Source of the DNA: Isurus oxyrinchus
Lineage: Eukaryota
Direction: 5' to 3'
Length of the DNA: 64,000 nt
Assembly (NCBI GenBank): GCA_026770705.1
Contig: JANJGN010000047.1
Span: 2,914,001 to 2,978,000, forward strand
The notes beneath the pieces were generated by a model. That model did no database searches and was not told the DNA's origin. It saw only the letters and a list, made by a program, of their open reading frames with translations. This document shows positions 41,674 through 54,399 of this stretch, piece by piece (the first letter of the stretch is position 1; each line of letters starts with the position of its first letter). Both the position numbers and the translations under genes were made by a program.

Positions 41674-42842
41674 GTGAGTAGAAGGATTCCGAAACACATA
41701 AAGGTTTTCTGGTGAACTTTTCAGAAACGGAGAATACGCCATTGCTGTTTCCTTGTATTATGATCATTCCCAAGCACTTCCTTATAGTTCACTGTCGCTT
41801 TTTATGATTCTGGAATAACGCAATTATGTTTAAGTCAGTAACTTCTGCGTAATCTGAAAATAATGCATTATTATTGCGAAATTAATGCTTGCACCATACA
41901 TAGGTTTTTCATTCACATTTGCCAGAACACCCATTATCGATTGAACTCTCAAGTCGTTTTCTGTCTGCCAAACATGAAATGACTTCATTAATTATAAAAG
42001 TAGGCGAATCAATATTTAACTGTGGTTGCATTATTTTAGAGAGGCGTTTGAATGAATTGACCGAAATAAAGTAAATAATTAGGAGAAAATTTCCTTTCTT
42101 GTTTCTTGCTCAAAATAGTGGGATTATCTCCGTAGCAGCATTGCAACTGTATGTGCTATGTGCCTACGTCAACAGTCCAAGAGAATGAATTCCAATCGCT
42201 TCCACAGGGGAATGTAGAAAATAGGAATAAATGCAGGCCATCTCAAATATATTCCTGTCCCCGGCAATAACAACTTCATCCCTTGAGTGACCTTGTTCTG
42301 GATTACTGGACCCGTGACTCTTTGCCAAATCTTTGAAATCCATTTAAGATTTTGAACATCGTTTAATCAGCCCTAATCCTTCCAGAGTAAATAGCTTCAA
42401 GACATTTTTGTTCGATTCGGAATCACAATACAATGTTTAAGTAAATTAAGCATCCTTCTATATATACGTTGCATCCCCTCCAAGACGAATAGTTTCTTCC
42501 GGAGTGCCCTGTCCAAATCTGACAGCTGTTATACAGGTTGGTTCTGGCCAATACTGGGTATGACTGAAACGTCACGTCCTCTCTTTGGTATTTCAAAGCT
42601 GTTGAGACAAAGTCCAAAATTCCATTAGCTTTTTCCTGGATGAACTCTCTACTTTGAGCAAACAGACGCGTTCGTTTAAGGGCTTATCGCAGTCTGGTGA
42701 GTTTCAAACAGTAAGATGTGTAAACAGTGCAGTACAACACGAATTTATAAATTTTCATCTCTTCATTTTTCTTTGTTTCGCCATGTCTATATTCATATGT
42801 TCATTTACAAAATATTTTCGTCCTTATTTTTATTAAAAACAG

Positions 42843-43157
42843 GGAAGCATGGACCCCGATTGGTTGGTGGTGAGAACAGGTGCTCCGGCCGGGTGGAAGT
42901 GCTGCACGGAGAGCAGTGGGGGACCCTGTGTGATATTCACTTTGGTTTAGAAGACGCCAGTGTGGTGTGTGAGCACCTTCAGTGCGGGGCTGTAAAGGAA
43001 ATCCCGAGGGTTTCTCCCTTTGGGCAGGGAGCAGGCCGTGTGTGGAAGGAAAATTACAGGTGCCACGGGAATGAATCGCGAGTGACAGAGTGTCGGGTTA
43101 CATCCGGGGAAAATTTTAACTGCTCACATGGAAATGACGCCAGTGTCATCTGTTCAG
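42843..43157 (+). CDS. SRCR domain 3 exon (8 Cys)
   Basis: PRLVGGENRCSGRVEVLHGEQWGTLCD...ASVICS. Flanked by acag| and |gtgaga, 315 nt. Confidence 0.95.
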
Positions 43158-43204
43158 GTGAGACCTCTCAGTCAATGTAATCATGGATTAAAATAATCTC
43201 CCTG

Positions 43205-46200
43205 CAACACTGAAAGGGGCCTTTCAGCATGTTCTGTCCATGGAGGCTCTCTGCGAAAGTATCTCACCCACTCACACAACCCTGCAATTTACAATAACTG
43301 TGCATTGTTTTTCACTCATTTATCTAACCATATATATTTCAAAATCTGCGATTCATATTCATCCACCACATCTTCAGGCAGTGCATTTCAGATCCTCGCC
43401 GCCACATTCTTAGACGATGCTTTTCATATCTTCAAGCACCATATTCTCCAACAATGAATTGCAGATCCTCATCACCATCATTTTCAGAGAGTGCATTTCA
43501 TATCCTCATCCTTCGCTTTCTCAGGCAATGCATTGCAGACCCTCATCATCCATATTCTCCAACAGTACAATGCAGATCATCAAATACCACAATCTTAGAC
43601 AGTGGATTGTAGATCGTCATCCAGCACATTCTCAGACAATGCATTCCAGATCCTCGTCACTCACATTTTCAGAAAATGCAGTGAAGATCCACATACGCCA
43701 CATTTCCAGACAATGCATTGCAGGTCGACATCCACCACAATCTCAGACAGCATATTTCAGATCTTTATCCACCAACTTGTCGGAAGGTGCATTCCATGTC
43801 CTCATTCACCAAATTATCTGAAAGAGCATTGCAGATCGTCATCCAGCACATTCTCATACATGTGCATTCCAGACCCTCATCACCCACATTCTCAGACAGT
43901 GCATTGCAAATCTTTATTCCCCCACATTCTCAGGCAGTGGATTGCAGATCCAAATCCACCACATTCTCAAGCAGTGCATTGCAGATCCACATCCCCCACA
44001 ATCTCAGACCGTGTGCTTCAGATCCTCACCCCCCCACCCCCCCCACGATCTCAGAATGTGCACGTCAGATAGCTTGAAGCAGATCCTCACCTACCCCCAT
44101 TCTCAGCCAGTGCATTGTAGACAGTCATCCATCACATTCTCAGACAGTGTATTGCGGATTGCCATCCAGCATATTCTGGTACATTGCATCCCAGGTCCTC
44201 ATCACCCACATTCTCTGTCAATGCATTACAGATCCTCATCCATCACAATCTAAGACATTGCATTGCAGATCTTAAGCTAGCATTTTCTCAGACAGTGCTT
44301 TGCATTTCATCATTCACTACAATTTCAGTCAGTGCATTGCATATCCTCGTCCACCACATTCTCAGGCAGTGCATTGCAGAACGTAATTAATCGCAACATG
44401 CAAAACTAGCATCCTTATGTCACCATTTCCAATTTGTCCATCACCATGAATCTGTACTGATCATTCTTGATCCTTCCGCCAATGGCAACAATTTTTCTGT
44501 GCCGTAATGTCCAGAACCCGAAGGTTGTTTTAGCATTCCCTCTCCAAGTAGAATATTCGTAGCTCACTCAAACAATGTAGAAAAAATACGTTTGTCATCA
44601 CCGGAATGATCTTATGAAGCATTCCTGCATCATTTCTAATGCCTTCATACCCTCCTTAACGTTTTTAGCCCAGAATTGGAAGCATTATTCCAGATGAGGC
44701 CGAAATGAATCATAACATCTTCCCTTCAGTGTACTCTGTGCCTTAGTTATACACCAAAGAACTCCAAACTTTAGCAGCCTTTTCGCAACCTGCACTGTCA
44801 AGTACAATGTTTCTTACAAATGCACCCGAGGTTCGTCAGCTTCTGAAACTCAGTCAGAAATGATCCAGTTCTTTATTGTTCCTTCTCCTAGTCCTTCGTT
44901 TGCCAGCCTTACCTCTCTTAAAAACACTCACTTCTAAAGCACAAGGCCTGTTTTAAGAATGACTCAAGTTATTTACCAGAGCAGTCAAATCTGTGAATGA
45001 AGTGCAGTGCTGTGGGAATGCTGTTCTCTATAATTTTGCTTGTTCCAGGTAAGAGGTTTAATCGATGCCATATCTGCATCAGTGGAGGTTAATAAAAATA
45101 TTTACCATGAGTCTACTTTGAGGGAAACTAGGGAGTCTATCCAAAGTTATCCCTTGATCAACATCAGACAATATAGCTCATCTGGTCATTATCACACGAT
45201 TTTTGTGCCATTTTACTGCGCCCATTATGGCTGCGGCGTTCCTTAAATTGCAACAGTGCTGACATTACACAATGCAAATAAATGACTGTAACTTGCGTTG
45301 AGGGATCCGGTAGTTTTGAAAAAAATACTTATCTACTTTAAATAGGTATTTTTTTTACTTCCAACAAAAATGGGCCAACCAATGCTTCCCTCAACCGAAT
45401 TTCGTCTATAACTTTCCGGCCCGTTCTAACAGCTTGTCGGTGTCTGATTTAATTTTAATCTTTCAACATTTTACAACACTTAAAACAATTCTGTATACTT
45501 TGAAGAAAAAAAATGAAATTGTTCCCCTTACAACCAAGTCTCGGTAGATATCATGTATTAACGGAAAATCAGGGTTTCTAGCCAGGTGGAATGTCCTGTT
45601 CCTCTGGTCTGGAAAAGAAGAAACGTTGAACACGACGTCCTGTTCCCTTTCAAAGAGCAATTCCATCTCCAGTCAGTCATTTTTCCTTTTATTCCACAGG
45701 CGCCAAACATTTCTGCCAAGCAGCTATCGTGACCCTTTGCCAAAGGTCATTTCAAAGTCCATCAAAGCCACATCCACTCCATTAGCCTCATTAACAGTCT
45801 CACTAACCTCATTAAATTACTCTAGCAAGTCCGTGCAATGCGATTGTCTCTTACCAAATCCGCCCTAGATTGTTAATGAAACTACATTTTTCAACTGGCT
45901 CTAACTTCTGCCCCAATGTATATTTTCCAAGGAAACAAAGCTTTCCCAAAGCCAATATTAAACTTACTGGTCCGAATTTACTGCATTTATCCTAACACCA
46001 TTTCTTGAACAAGGGTGTAATATTTGGAAATTTCATTTATCGGCATTGAAGAAGGATGGGAACATTATGACCATTATCTGGCGATTTCGGCTCTGACATT
46101 GGTCATGCTCCCCGAATACACGTCATCCAATCCATGTGTCCCGTCAAATTCAACATCAGTTGCCCAAGCCAATTCGTCCTCTTTATAAATATCTAAAAAC

Positions 46201-47240
46201 TCCATTTTATTTCATCTTCCTATTCTTTGTCCAGCATTGAGGAGCATTTTCTTCCTTGGCTAAAAAAACATACTCAAAATGCTGGCTCAGCAGCTGAGCC
46301 ATAACATCAGCCTTTATATGCCGATTTCCTTCCTGGTGTCGGTTTTGTGCCTATATAAGACTGTAAGATCCCGTTTTATGTTAGTGGGAGTCTCTTATAT
46401 GGTCTGGATATTGTACATTCATCTTGGATCTCTCTTGCATTATCCAAATTCAATATCCTATCCATATATATTTATTTCTGCTTCATCTTAATCCCCATCT
46501 ATTTAATCACCCAGGGAGCCTTTGAAAATTTGCATAGTCCTGCACTTGTCTAAGCCAATTTTCCATTATTGCTCCTCAGTCATTTTCAGAGCCTGCACGT
46601 CACGAACATCATTTATTGCAATGTACGTTCACACACCTGAAAAGTAAATATAATTGAGGCCATTATACAACCCCGGTTGTGCTTATCATGAATAACACCA
46701 CATTATTTCCTCCGCTATTGCAATCTTTCTTTTCTACTTTTCTGTGCAGTTTGGTTTTTCTCTCTAACCATATCTGCCCGTTCCCAAATCCCTGACAAAT
46801 TCATTCTGTACTTTCCAACCAATAAACCAGACGGACATTGCCCCCGGATTTTTTTTCATGTGAAACACATGAAAGCATCCATTGGTCCTTTCTTCACAGA
46901 ACTGAGTCTATGAGTCCATGAGAACAGGTCACAAAGTCACATGAGCTTCATTAGGACTCTCGTGCACCGTTTATCTTGCGACATGTTCATCAGTTCTATC
47001 GCTCGTACGTTGTGCTGGGATATTTCAATATTATCAGGATATTACTCCGTTGATGGCAATTTACTAGATTGTTTGCAACATCCTTAAAAATCATCTGCAG
47101 GACTACACCCCTCTTCCTACCTCTGAAATTGTTCCACTAACGGAGCACGAATGCTGACTGCTCACCCTCCCGCATCAGCGTGCTCAGCAGGGTCCCACTG
47201 ATCTGCCTCACCTTGGCACTAGGGTCAGAACATTTACGTG
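43205..47240 (-). mobile_element. Old antisense CR1 remnants in the intron between SRCR3 and SRCR4
   Basis: CR1 3'-end-like sequence at ~43205-43330, ORF2-like remnants at 44400-44830 and 45400-46250, and an esterase-like remnant at ~47100-47240. Confidence 0.55.
43345..44380. repeat. Degenerate 37-bp minisatellite (~28 copies)
   Basis: Unit of about cagacagtgcattgcagatcctcatccaccacattct repeated in tandem. Confidence 0.9.
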
Positions 47241-47317
47241 AATAATCATTGCCCCGGTTATATTGAGTCAAATGTGCATGATTTGTTTGAATGTTACCCC
47301 TTGCTCTCATCTTGTAG

Positions 47318-47632
47318 ATGAAAGTTGGTCACTGAGATTGACGAATGGGGGAAGCCGCTGTGATGGTCGGGTGGAAATTTACCACAACGGTCGCTGGGGC
47401 AGAGTACAGGACAGCCTCTGGGACCTCAATGATGCTACCGTGGTCTGCAAGCAACTAGGATGTGGTGTTGCACTTGCCGCTTATACCTCTGCAATGTATG
47501 GAGAGAGTGAAGGGCCTGTGTGGGTGAATGATGTCCAGTGTGGAGGAAACGAACTGCATCTCCGCAACTGCAGCTCATTTGCAATGAATTCGTCTCTCAA
47601 TGAAAGTGTCGGCGTCGGGGTTCTGTGTTCAG
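47318..47632 (+). CDS. SRCR domain 4 exon (6 Cys)
   Basis: LRLTNGGSRCDGRVEIYHNGRWGRVQD...VGVLCS. Flanked by ttgtag| and |gtgaat, 315 nt. Confidence 0.95.
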
Positions 47633-48607
47633 GTGAATAAATAGTTCAATTTTACCGGAACATAAATAGAAATATCTAATAAGGAGGGAGGTGTGAATAT
47701 ACGTCACTTGTTCCTCGAGTTCTTTTAACCTAACTGCTTAGCATTGGAGGGCTAACGTGGGGAGAGTGGGCACGCACAGAACTGATCAGCAAGCAGGACA
47801 TGCATTTTTGCTGCACATTTATTAACGACGGAATTCAAAATTTTCTCTCAAACAGGAAATTCTGACAGCACTTCTGTTAGTGCAGGGCGGGGGGAGTCGT
47901 GAGGGGCGGGGCGGTGTGGTGTTGGGAGGGGCCTTACAGCTTGGTGCGAAATTGTGTGTTAATTTAACAACGTTTTCATAGAATTGCCGTTCACATACTC
48001 GTCAGAGCGACAGGCCGCTCATGGGATTTCTGCATTATTCAATGCATGAAAAAACGATGCACTTACAGGTCTTTCAGCAGCAGAAGGCTGAGCTTCTATG
48101 AAATGTCATTCTTAAAAGTCACTTGGTTTCTTTTTTCCACTGAAGCTGCCAGATCCCCTGAGGAATTGCAGCATTTTTTTTCAATATAATCAAAATAAAA
48201 AAGCGAGATAATCAGAAATCGACTGAAATAAGTTTTCGAGATATGTGCAGGGGAGAGAAAAAGCTGTGTACAATTGATGTTCATAAGTAGTTTAGGTGGA
48301 ACGATGAATACAAAAAAGTTCAGTTGAGGTTGAAACAGGGCACACAGCACTGAGCACACAATACGTGAACTGCAAGCCAAAATATCGATGGAATCAGGTG
48401 TAGGAATATTTGAAATCTTTGTGCACTCCACATTATAAATTTCAAGTAGTTAGAGATACATGGTCTCAACTATAGAAACAGTTACCTGTCATAGTCAAGT
48501 GATTTGTTTTATTACTTTTGCTGGATAATATCCAATAGTTTCAATTTGTGTTATGATATAAATGCGTAATCGAATCCTCTTAATAAAGATTGTCTTCTTT
48601 GGATCAG

Positions 48608-48922
48608 AACACAAACAGTTAAGGCTGTCAGACGGTGGAAGCCCATGTGCAGGCCGAGTGGAGATTTACTATAACGGGACCTGGGGCTCAGTTTGTGATG
48701 ATTCCTGGGATGTGACAGACGCTAACATCGTTTGCAAACAGCTGCATTGCGGAAAGGCTTTGGACGTGACACTTCCTGCCTCTTGCGGAGCAGGCTCAGG
48801 TCCAGTTTGGTTGGAAGGCTTGGAGTGTTCAGGGGAGGAATCGTATCTCTGGCAATGTCCCTCTGAATATTGGGGTGCCCACGACTGTTCTCATAAAGAA
48901 GATGTGAAGATCATGTGCTCAG
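48608..48922 (+). CDS. SRCR domain 5 exon (9 Cys)
   Basis: [30 protein letters not shown]...[12 protein letters not shown]. Flanked by atcag| and |gtaagg, 315 nt. Confidence 0.95.
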
Positions 48923-49912
48923 GTAAGGGTGACGTAAATGCACTTATTTCCTTTATATGAGAAGATTCAGACAGATAGAATTTTACTGAATGGCCCAGAA
49001 ACTGTACATCAACTGGTCATTCTGCTCAATGCGTCTGACTGCTGCTTATTCTGCTCATAATCTTACATCATTTCATGTGGTCTGAGCTGTATTGCACTCT
49101 GTATTTTCCCCTCGTGCCTTTATCAAACGTCACATTCAAGGCATCACCACAATTCGCCCCCACTAAATGTACATGTTCCATGTTCCACATTCTCCTTCTA
49201 TCTGGGTAATAGAAAGCGAAACAGAAAATCTCCTAAATCCCAATTTGTTTGGCTCTTGTGTTTCTTTGTCCGAAAAAATGACGACTTTATTCTAATCAGC
49301 ATTGAAATAATTTCAGCATTGACAAGCCCATCCTGCTGTCTCCGACCGTCTTCCTGCAGTTAATGGAACCTGTCTTGGTATTAACTGCAAACCGTAGTGC
49401 ATTTTGAACATTTACTTCAATTCCAAATACCAAATGTAATATGTTAATCTGAAACAGATGTGAGCCCCAGCAATAATCCATGTGTAGAGCACGCCCCAAC
49501 TTCTGCTATTATGTATGAAATCCTGCGTTGTTGCTTGTTTGCTCTTCTTTTAATACTGTGCCGGCAATTTCATTTCCCTGTTCTCAGCCTTAATGCAGCT
49601 GTTTGAAAACTTTCTGAAAGTTATTGTTTTCAAAATCCATGTGAATTACATGGACATTATTATCTCCACATAATCTTTCTGAAACTTCCTCAAGTAATTC
49701 AATGAATTGGAAGATCTATAGTTCGCTCTTTTGAAATCTGTGTTGATTATCATTGATTATATAATTGGATTGTACATGTATCACTGTTACATTTCTGGAA
49801 TAATTATCTCTATTCAGTGAACACCTCTGGCACAACTTGGGTGGAGGGGGCACTGTTGACATGATTCCATTTATCACGGGAAACATCTGGAGATTTCTTC
49901 TTTCGTTGATAG

Positions 49913-50230
49913 AACACAAAGAGCTGCAGCTGGTGAATGGAAAGCATCGCTGTGAGGGGCGGGCGGAAGTGTTCTACAATGGGATCTGGGGAACAGTGTG
50001 TTCGGAAGCACTGGATCCCCATGATGCTGAGGTGATCTGTAAACAGTTACAGTGTGGCCCCCTGGTTTCTATAGACTATACCACTCAGTCATTCGGAGAA
50101 GGATCCGGACCTATTTGGCTCGATGAAATAGAATGTATTTCACACGAGTCGACCATCTGGCAGTGTCAGACAGACCCGTGGGGACAACACAACTGTAATC
50201 ACAAAGAAGATGCAGGCGTTTCATGTTCAG
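49913..50230 (+). CDS. SRCR domain 6 exon (8 Cys)
   Basis: LQLVNGKHRCEGRAEVFYNGIWGTVC...CNHKEDAGVSCS. Flanked by gatag| and |gtaaca, 318 nt. Confidence 0.95.
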
Positions 50231-50458
50231 GTAACAAAACAAACCTTCCAATGTGCGACGGTTATTTCATTCATTGATGTCCAAATGAGTCAGCACGTTT
50301 CTTTCCTCAATAGGAAGAAAGATAACGAATGGCCAGCCCAAAAGTGAAAAGGATTGTGGTCGAGAATCAGGTGATTGCTCCACTTTAATAGATCAATTAT
50401 CTGAGTTGTCTACCTGTATTTTTGTGCAGAAATAATAGTGATTGATTATCTTTGACAG

Positions 50459-50776
50459 ATTCAGATGTAGGTTTGCGCCTGATTGGAGGTAACACCAACT
50501 GCTCCGGGCGAGTGGAGATAATGTGCAAAAACAACTGGAGCACAGTGTGTGATGACTCTTGGGATATGGCCGATGCCAATGTTGTCTGCAGACAGCTGCA
50601 TTGTGGCTCTGCTCTATTGGCCACAGCAGGGGCCACTTTTGGACAGGGTGAAGGTGACATGTGGTTTGATGAGGTGAGGTGTACCGGAAGCGAATCCTTT
50701 CTCTCTGATTGTCCTTCCTTAACGTCTGCTCAACCTGACTGTGATCACAAGGAGGACGCCAGTGTGATTTGTTCCG
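50459..50776 (+). CDS. SRCR domain 7 exon (9 Cys)
   Basis: [30 protein letters not shown]...[12 protein letters not shown]. Flanked by gacag| and |gtaagg, 318 nt. Confidence 0.95.
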
Positions 50777-50924
50777 GTAAGGGTAGTGCAGAATGGTGCG
50801 AGTAGGGGCCGGGAGATTGGCGGTTGGTGATTGTTTGCTGAATACGTCTCATGAATTCGTAAATGATGAAAAAGAGATGACTTTCTAAGTTAAAGTTCTA
50901 TATTTTTTGTATAATAACCCATAG

Positions 50925-50966
50925 GTCCAGAGTTGTCATCGGCTGCTTTTCCATCCAAACCCGCAG
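50925..50966 (+). CDS. Stalk exon GPELSSAAFPSKPA
   Basis: catag| acceptor, 42 nt, Pro/Ser-rich, cag|gttggt donor, phase 1-1. Confidence 0.6.
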
Positions 50967-51151
50967 GTTGGTCTTATGAATAATGAGTATTCCTGTCAAG
51001 GCTAATGTTCAGAATGATCTGATATAATTGGCATTTGCTTGTTTTTATAAAGAAATTCCGTGGTTAATCTTAGTGTTTCAGAATGTTGGACCGTTTAACA
51101 ATACAAAGCATTTTGTGTCCTAGTTGAATCTTTCTTTAACATTTCATTAAG

Positions 51152-51268
51152 GACATGAAGACAATATCACTTCCATCCCTCTTGTGATTGGTATAACAAT
51201 CGGTATCCTGTTGATCTGTGAGTTCATCCTACTAATTGTGGTAATGCGGAGGCAATCATCAAGGAAAG
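51152..51268 (+). CDS. Transmembrane exon GHEDNITSIPLVIGITIGILLICEFILLIVVMRRQSSRK
   Basis: Hydrophobic stretch of ~23 residues followed by basic stop-transfer residues. taag| acceptor and aag|gtgagg donor, 117 nt. Confidence 0.85.
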
Positions 51269-51344
51269 GTGAGGACAAACATTACCACTCACCACATTAA
51301 ATCTCGGATATTTTTATTTTTTATTTCAATTCATGAATGATATT

Positions 51345-52480
51345 TGAGACTCTCTGGCAGTCCTGCATTCATTGGCCATCCAAAATTGCCCTTGAGAAAG
51401 AGGTGATGAGATGACTTCTTGAACCGTTGCAGTCCATGTTGCATAGGTACACCACCGTACTTTTATGGAGGGAGTTTAAGGATTTGACCCAGCGACTGTG
51501 TCAGAACGGCGACAAATATCTAAATAAAAATAGTGACCGGCTTTGAGGGTGACTTCCAGTAAGTGGTTTTCCCATATCTCTGCTTCGCTTGTCATTCTCC
51601 TTGGTTGTTTATGTGGTTTTGGAAGGTCCTACCTAAGCAGCCTTACTGGATTCTTCAAGTGCATCTTATAAACAGTACACACTGCTGCCACTGTAAGCGG
51701 ATGATGAATGGAGTGATTGGTTGTGGATATGGTGCCAAAAAAGCAGAAAGCTTTATTCTGGATGGCGGCAAACCTCTAGAATTTTGTTGTAGCTGCACTC
51801 AAACAGGCAAGTGGATAATCTTCAGGAACACTCCTGATTGTCCCTTGCAGACGATGGAAAGGATTTGCCTAGTCTGGTGTTAAGTTCCTCAGAAGGGTTT
51901 CTTGTCTCTTACCTGCTTTTGTCACCACATCATTCATATCACAAGCCCAGTTCAGTTTCTGGTCAATGGAAATGCCTGGGATGTTGTTAGTGGGGGAATC
52001 AGTGATGGCAATGCTACTGAATGTCAAAGGCTGACAGTTGGATTGCACCTTGTTGTAGATCGTCATTTCCTGGCACTAGTGAGGCACGAATTTTACTCTC
52101 CACTATGAATGCCAGGCCTGGATATGGTCCATGTCTGACAGCATGTGGGCATGGCCTGCTGCAGTAGCTGAGGATTCGGGACTGGTAATAAACATTGTGC
52201 CATCATCAGTGGAAATCCTCACGCATGACCTTCAGATGATGACATGGTCATTGATGAAACAGGTGAAGATCGTTGGTCCTAGCATGCTATGCTGAGGAGC
52301 TCCTGCATTAATGTCCAACTACTGAAAGATGATTGACCTCCAACAACCACAATTCCCTTGTTCTATGCTCACTCTGACTTCAAGCAGTGAAGAATTTCCC
52401 CCTGAATCCTATTGGCTCCAGTGTTTTTTTTTCAGGTGCCTTCATGCCTCATACACTGGCGAGAATTCACTTCATTGTCC
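51345..52480 (-). mobile_element. Decayed LINE 3' fragment (CR1/L2 superfamily, second family)
   Basis: Starts with the reverse-complemented 3' end (gccatccaaaattgcccttgag). ORF 51869-52066 reads NIPGISIDQKLNW...KAGKR. Confidence 0.65.
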
Positions 52481-53452
52481 TTTTCCATTGAATGTCACTT
52501 GTAATGTTGGAAACTTATGTTAAGCAATTTAACGAGAATTTTCGTTCAAAGTACTTGGTCAAACAGTGAAATGTGTCATTTAAATTGAAGAATCACTTGA
52601 CTGTCCACATTCGCATTCCTAATGATTCCACCGCTACTGCGTCTGAAGGTCAATCAATTGTTGCAGCCATAGATCTGAAGGTTATTTGAAGCATTTTAGA
52701 CTAAGTGCCCAGTCATGATGTTTCCGTCATTCGAAGTCAATCCAATCAGTGTCCGTCCACTCCTTGAGTTTCCGTGCCCTGATGCCCATTCTCATTCTCC
52801 ATAGCCAGAATCGATCCACAATTTTGAGATGTGAGACTTCGATGGGATTTTCAGCACCAATTTTTGAATATTGTGTACACTAACATAAGTAACTACTCTG
52901 ATCTGAACAACCATCACACTCCTGTTCGATGCGCAAAGCAAATTAATTTTAATGTTGATGCGATACATAAAAGAAAGGTCAGCTCCTCACTCGTCTTTCC
53001 AACCTGATGCTCTCAGCAGAATCAATCATTTTTCCCCTGCTTCTCTTCAGCTAAAATCCCCTTGGGTCTCACGACAGAGTTTTCAGCTGAAATTGATTCC
53101 TCCCGGAAATGCCTTGTTTCATCTTTTCCGACCTTAATTAAATTTCCCCTAGTCTGATGGAGTTGAACATGCTTCCATGCGGTTACCCACACATGCACAC
53201 GCCCACACAGACACAGCCCCATGTACATAACGTCTCTCTCTCTGTCTCTCATTTTATCTCTCTCACACACACATTTGGATATGCACTCTCTTGTAAAATA
53301 AAACGTACTTAACAAAAGATCATTCAAAGCCAGCTCACTGACTTTTTGCATTCACATTCACCATCTGTTTTGTGATATTATTTGAAAACATTTTAATATT
53401 CAGCAAAGTAAAATGCAACAAAATGTTAATCCCTCCACATTGTCTCCATTAG

Positions 53453-53560
53453 GTTTTGCCACTGGCAGTTGGGCTTCACCAATTGATTTGTACCGAGCAA
53501 TTTATGAAGAAATTGAAAATATACCACCTGTCAAGGATCCAGCTCTGACCCGTGGCTCAG
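53453..53560 (+). CDS. Cytoplasmic exon 1 GFATGSWASPIDLYRAIYEEIENIPPVKDPALTRGS
   Basis: ccattag| acceptor and cag|gtttgt donor, 108 nt. Contains a YEEI motif like WC1/CD163c tails. Confidence 0.85.
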
Positions 53561-54399
53561 GTTTGTAACTTCCATTGCAAAGCCAATACGCACTGGGGAA
53601 CTCCCTTTCCGTTCACCCCCGTTAAAAGTCCGGGCAATGCATGGGCCCAACAGGCATTCCACTCACTTTACTCATGTGAAAGTTTCCTATCTCCGCTTAC
53701 TTTTGTTACGTGAGAAGAGTAATGAGCTTCTCAAATTTCCCAAAATTCTGTGTTACCTAAAGGGTGCTTTGCCGTTTGGTGGAAAATAGCGATCAGATCA
53801 GTGTTTCCAACTTCCCAAGGGATTGCTCACTGCATTCATTAGGTATCAGACTGACAAAATTATGCAAAGAGAGGATTATAAAACAGAAAATGCAATCCAC
53901 TCTCATCAACTATGATAGCGTACAGGGCCGCTGATCTCAGGGGCTGAGAATCATATTCGGGTATCATTTATCCAACATTATGAATACCTATAATGGAAAG
54001 AAAAACTCATTCAAACTACTTTCAACAGAATCCACGAGAGCATTTTTCAATAACTAATAAGAATATGCTAAACACTGGGCCAAACCATTGGGAACAAGAG
54101 CACATGGCAAAAAAAGAAATAACGATAAGTTAGGGAAGAATAACAATGATGGGAAGAATTGTGGTGGCATGCAGGATAAGGGAGAACGTGAAGAAAGATG
54201 AAAAATGTAGTTATGGTGATAATAATGACTAGTCAATGAAATGATCGTGGATTGTCTAGCAAATTAGTAGAATATTTAACGGTACAAAGTAAGGGTAGGT
54301 CAATATGGCATGACAGTGTTGCAAAAAGGAACTGAAAGAATAAGAGCGGCATTCATGAAATATCAGAAATATTACTTAACAACATTATTTTAGTATTCA

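Noticed and set aside
43345-44380. CRISPR-like periodicity
   Set aside because: Contiguous tandem units with no unique spacers, in a eukaryotic intron.
43417-44390. Several His/Ser/Cys-rich repetitive ORFs
   Set aside because: Translations of the 37-bp minisatellite. The unit is not a multiple of 3.
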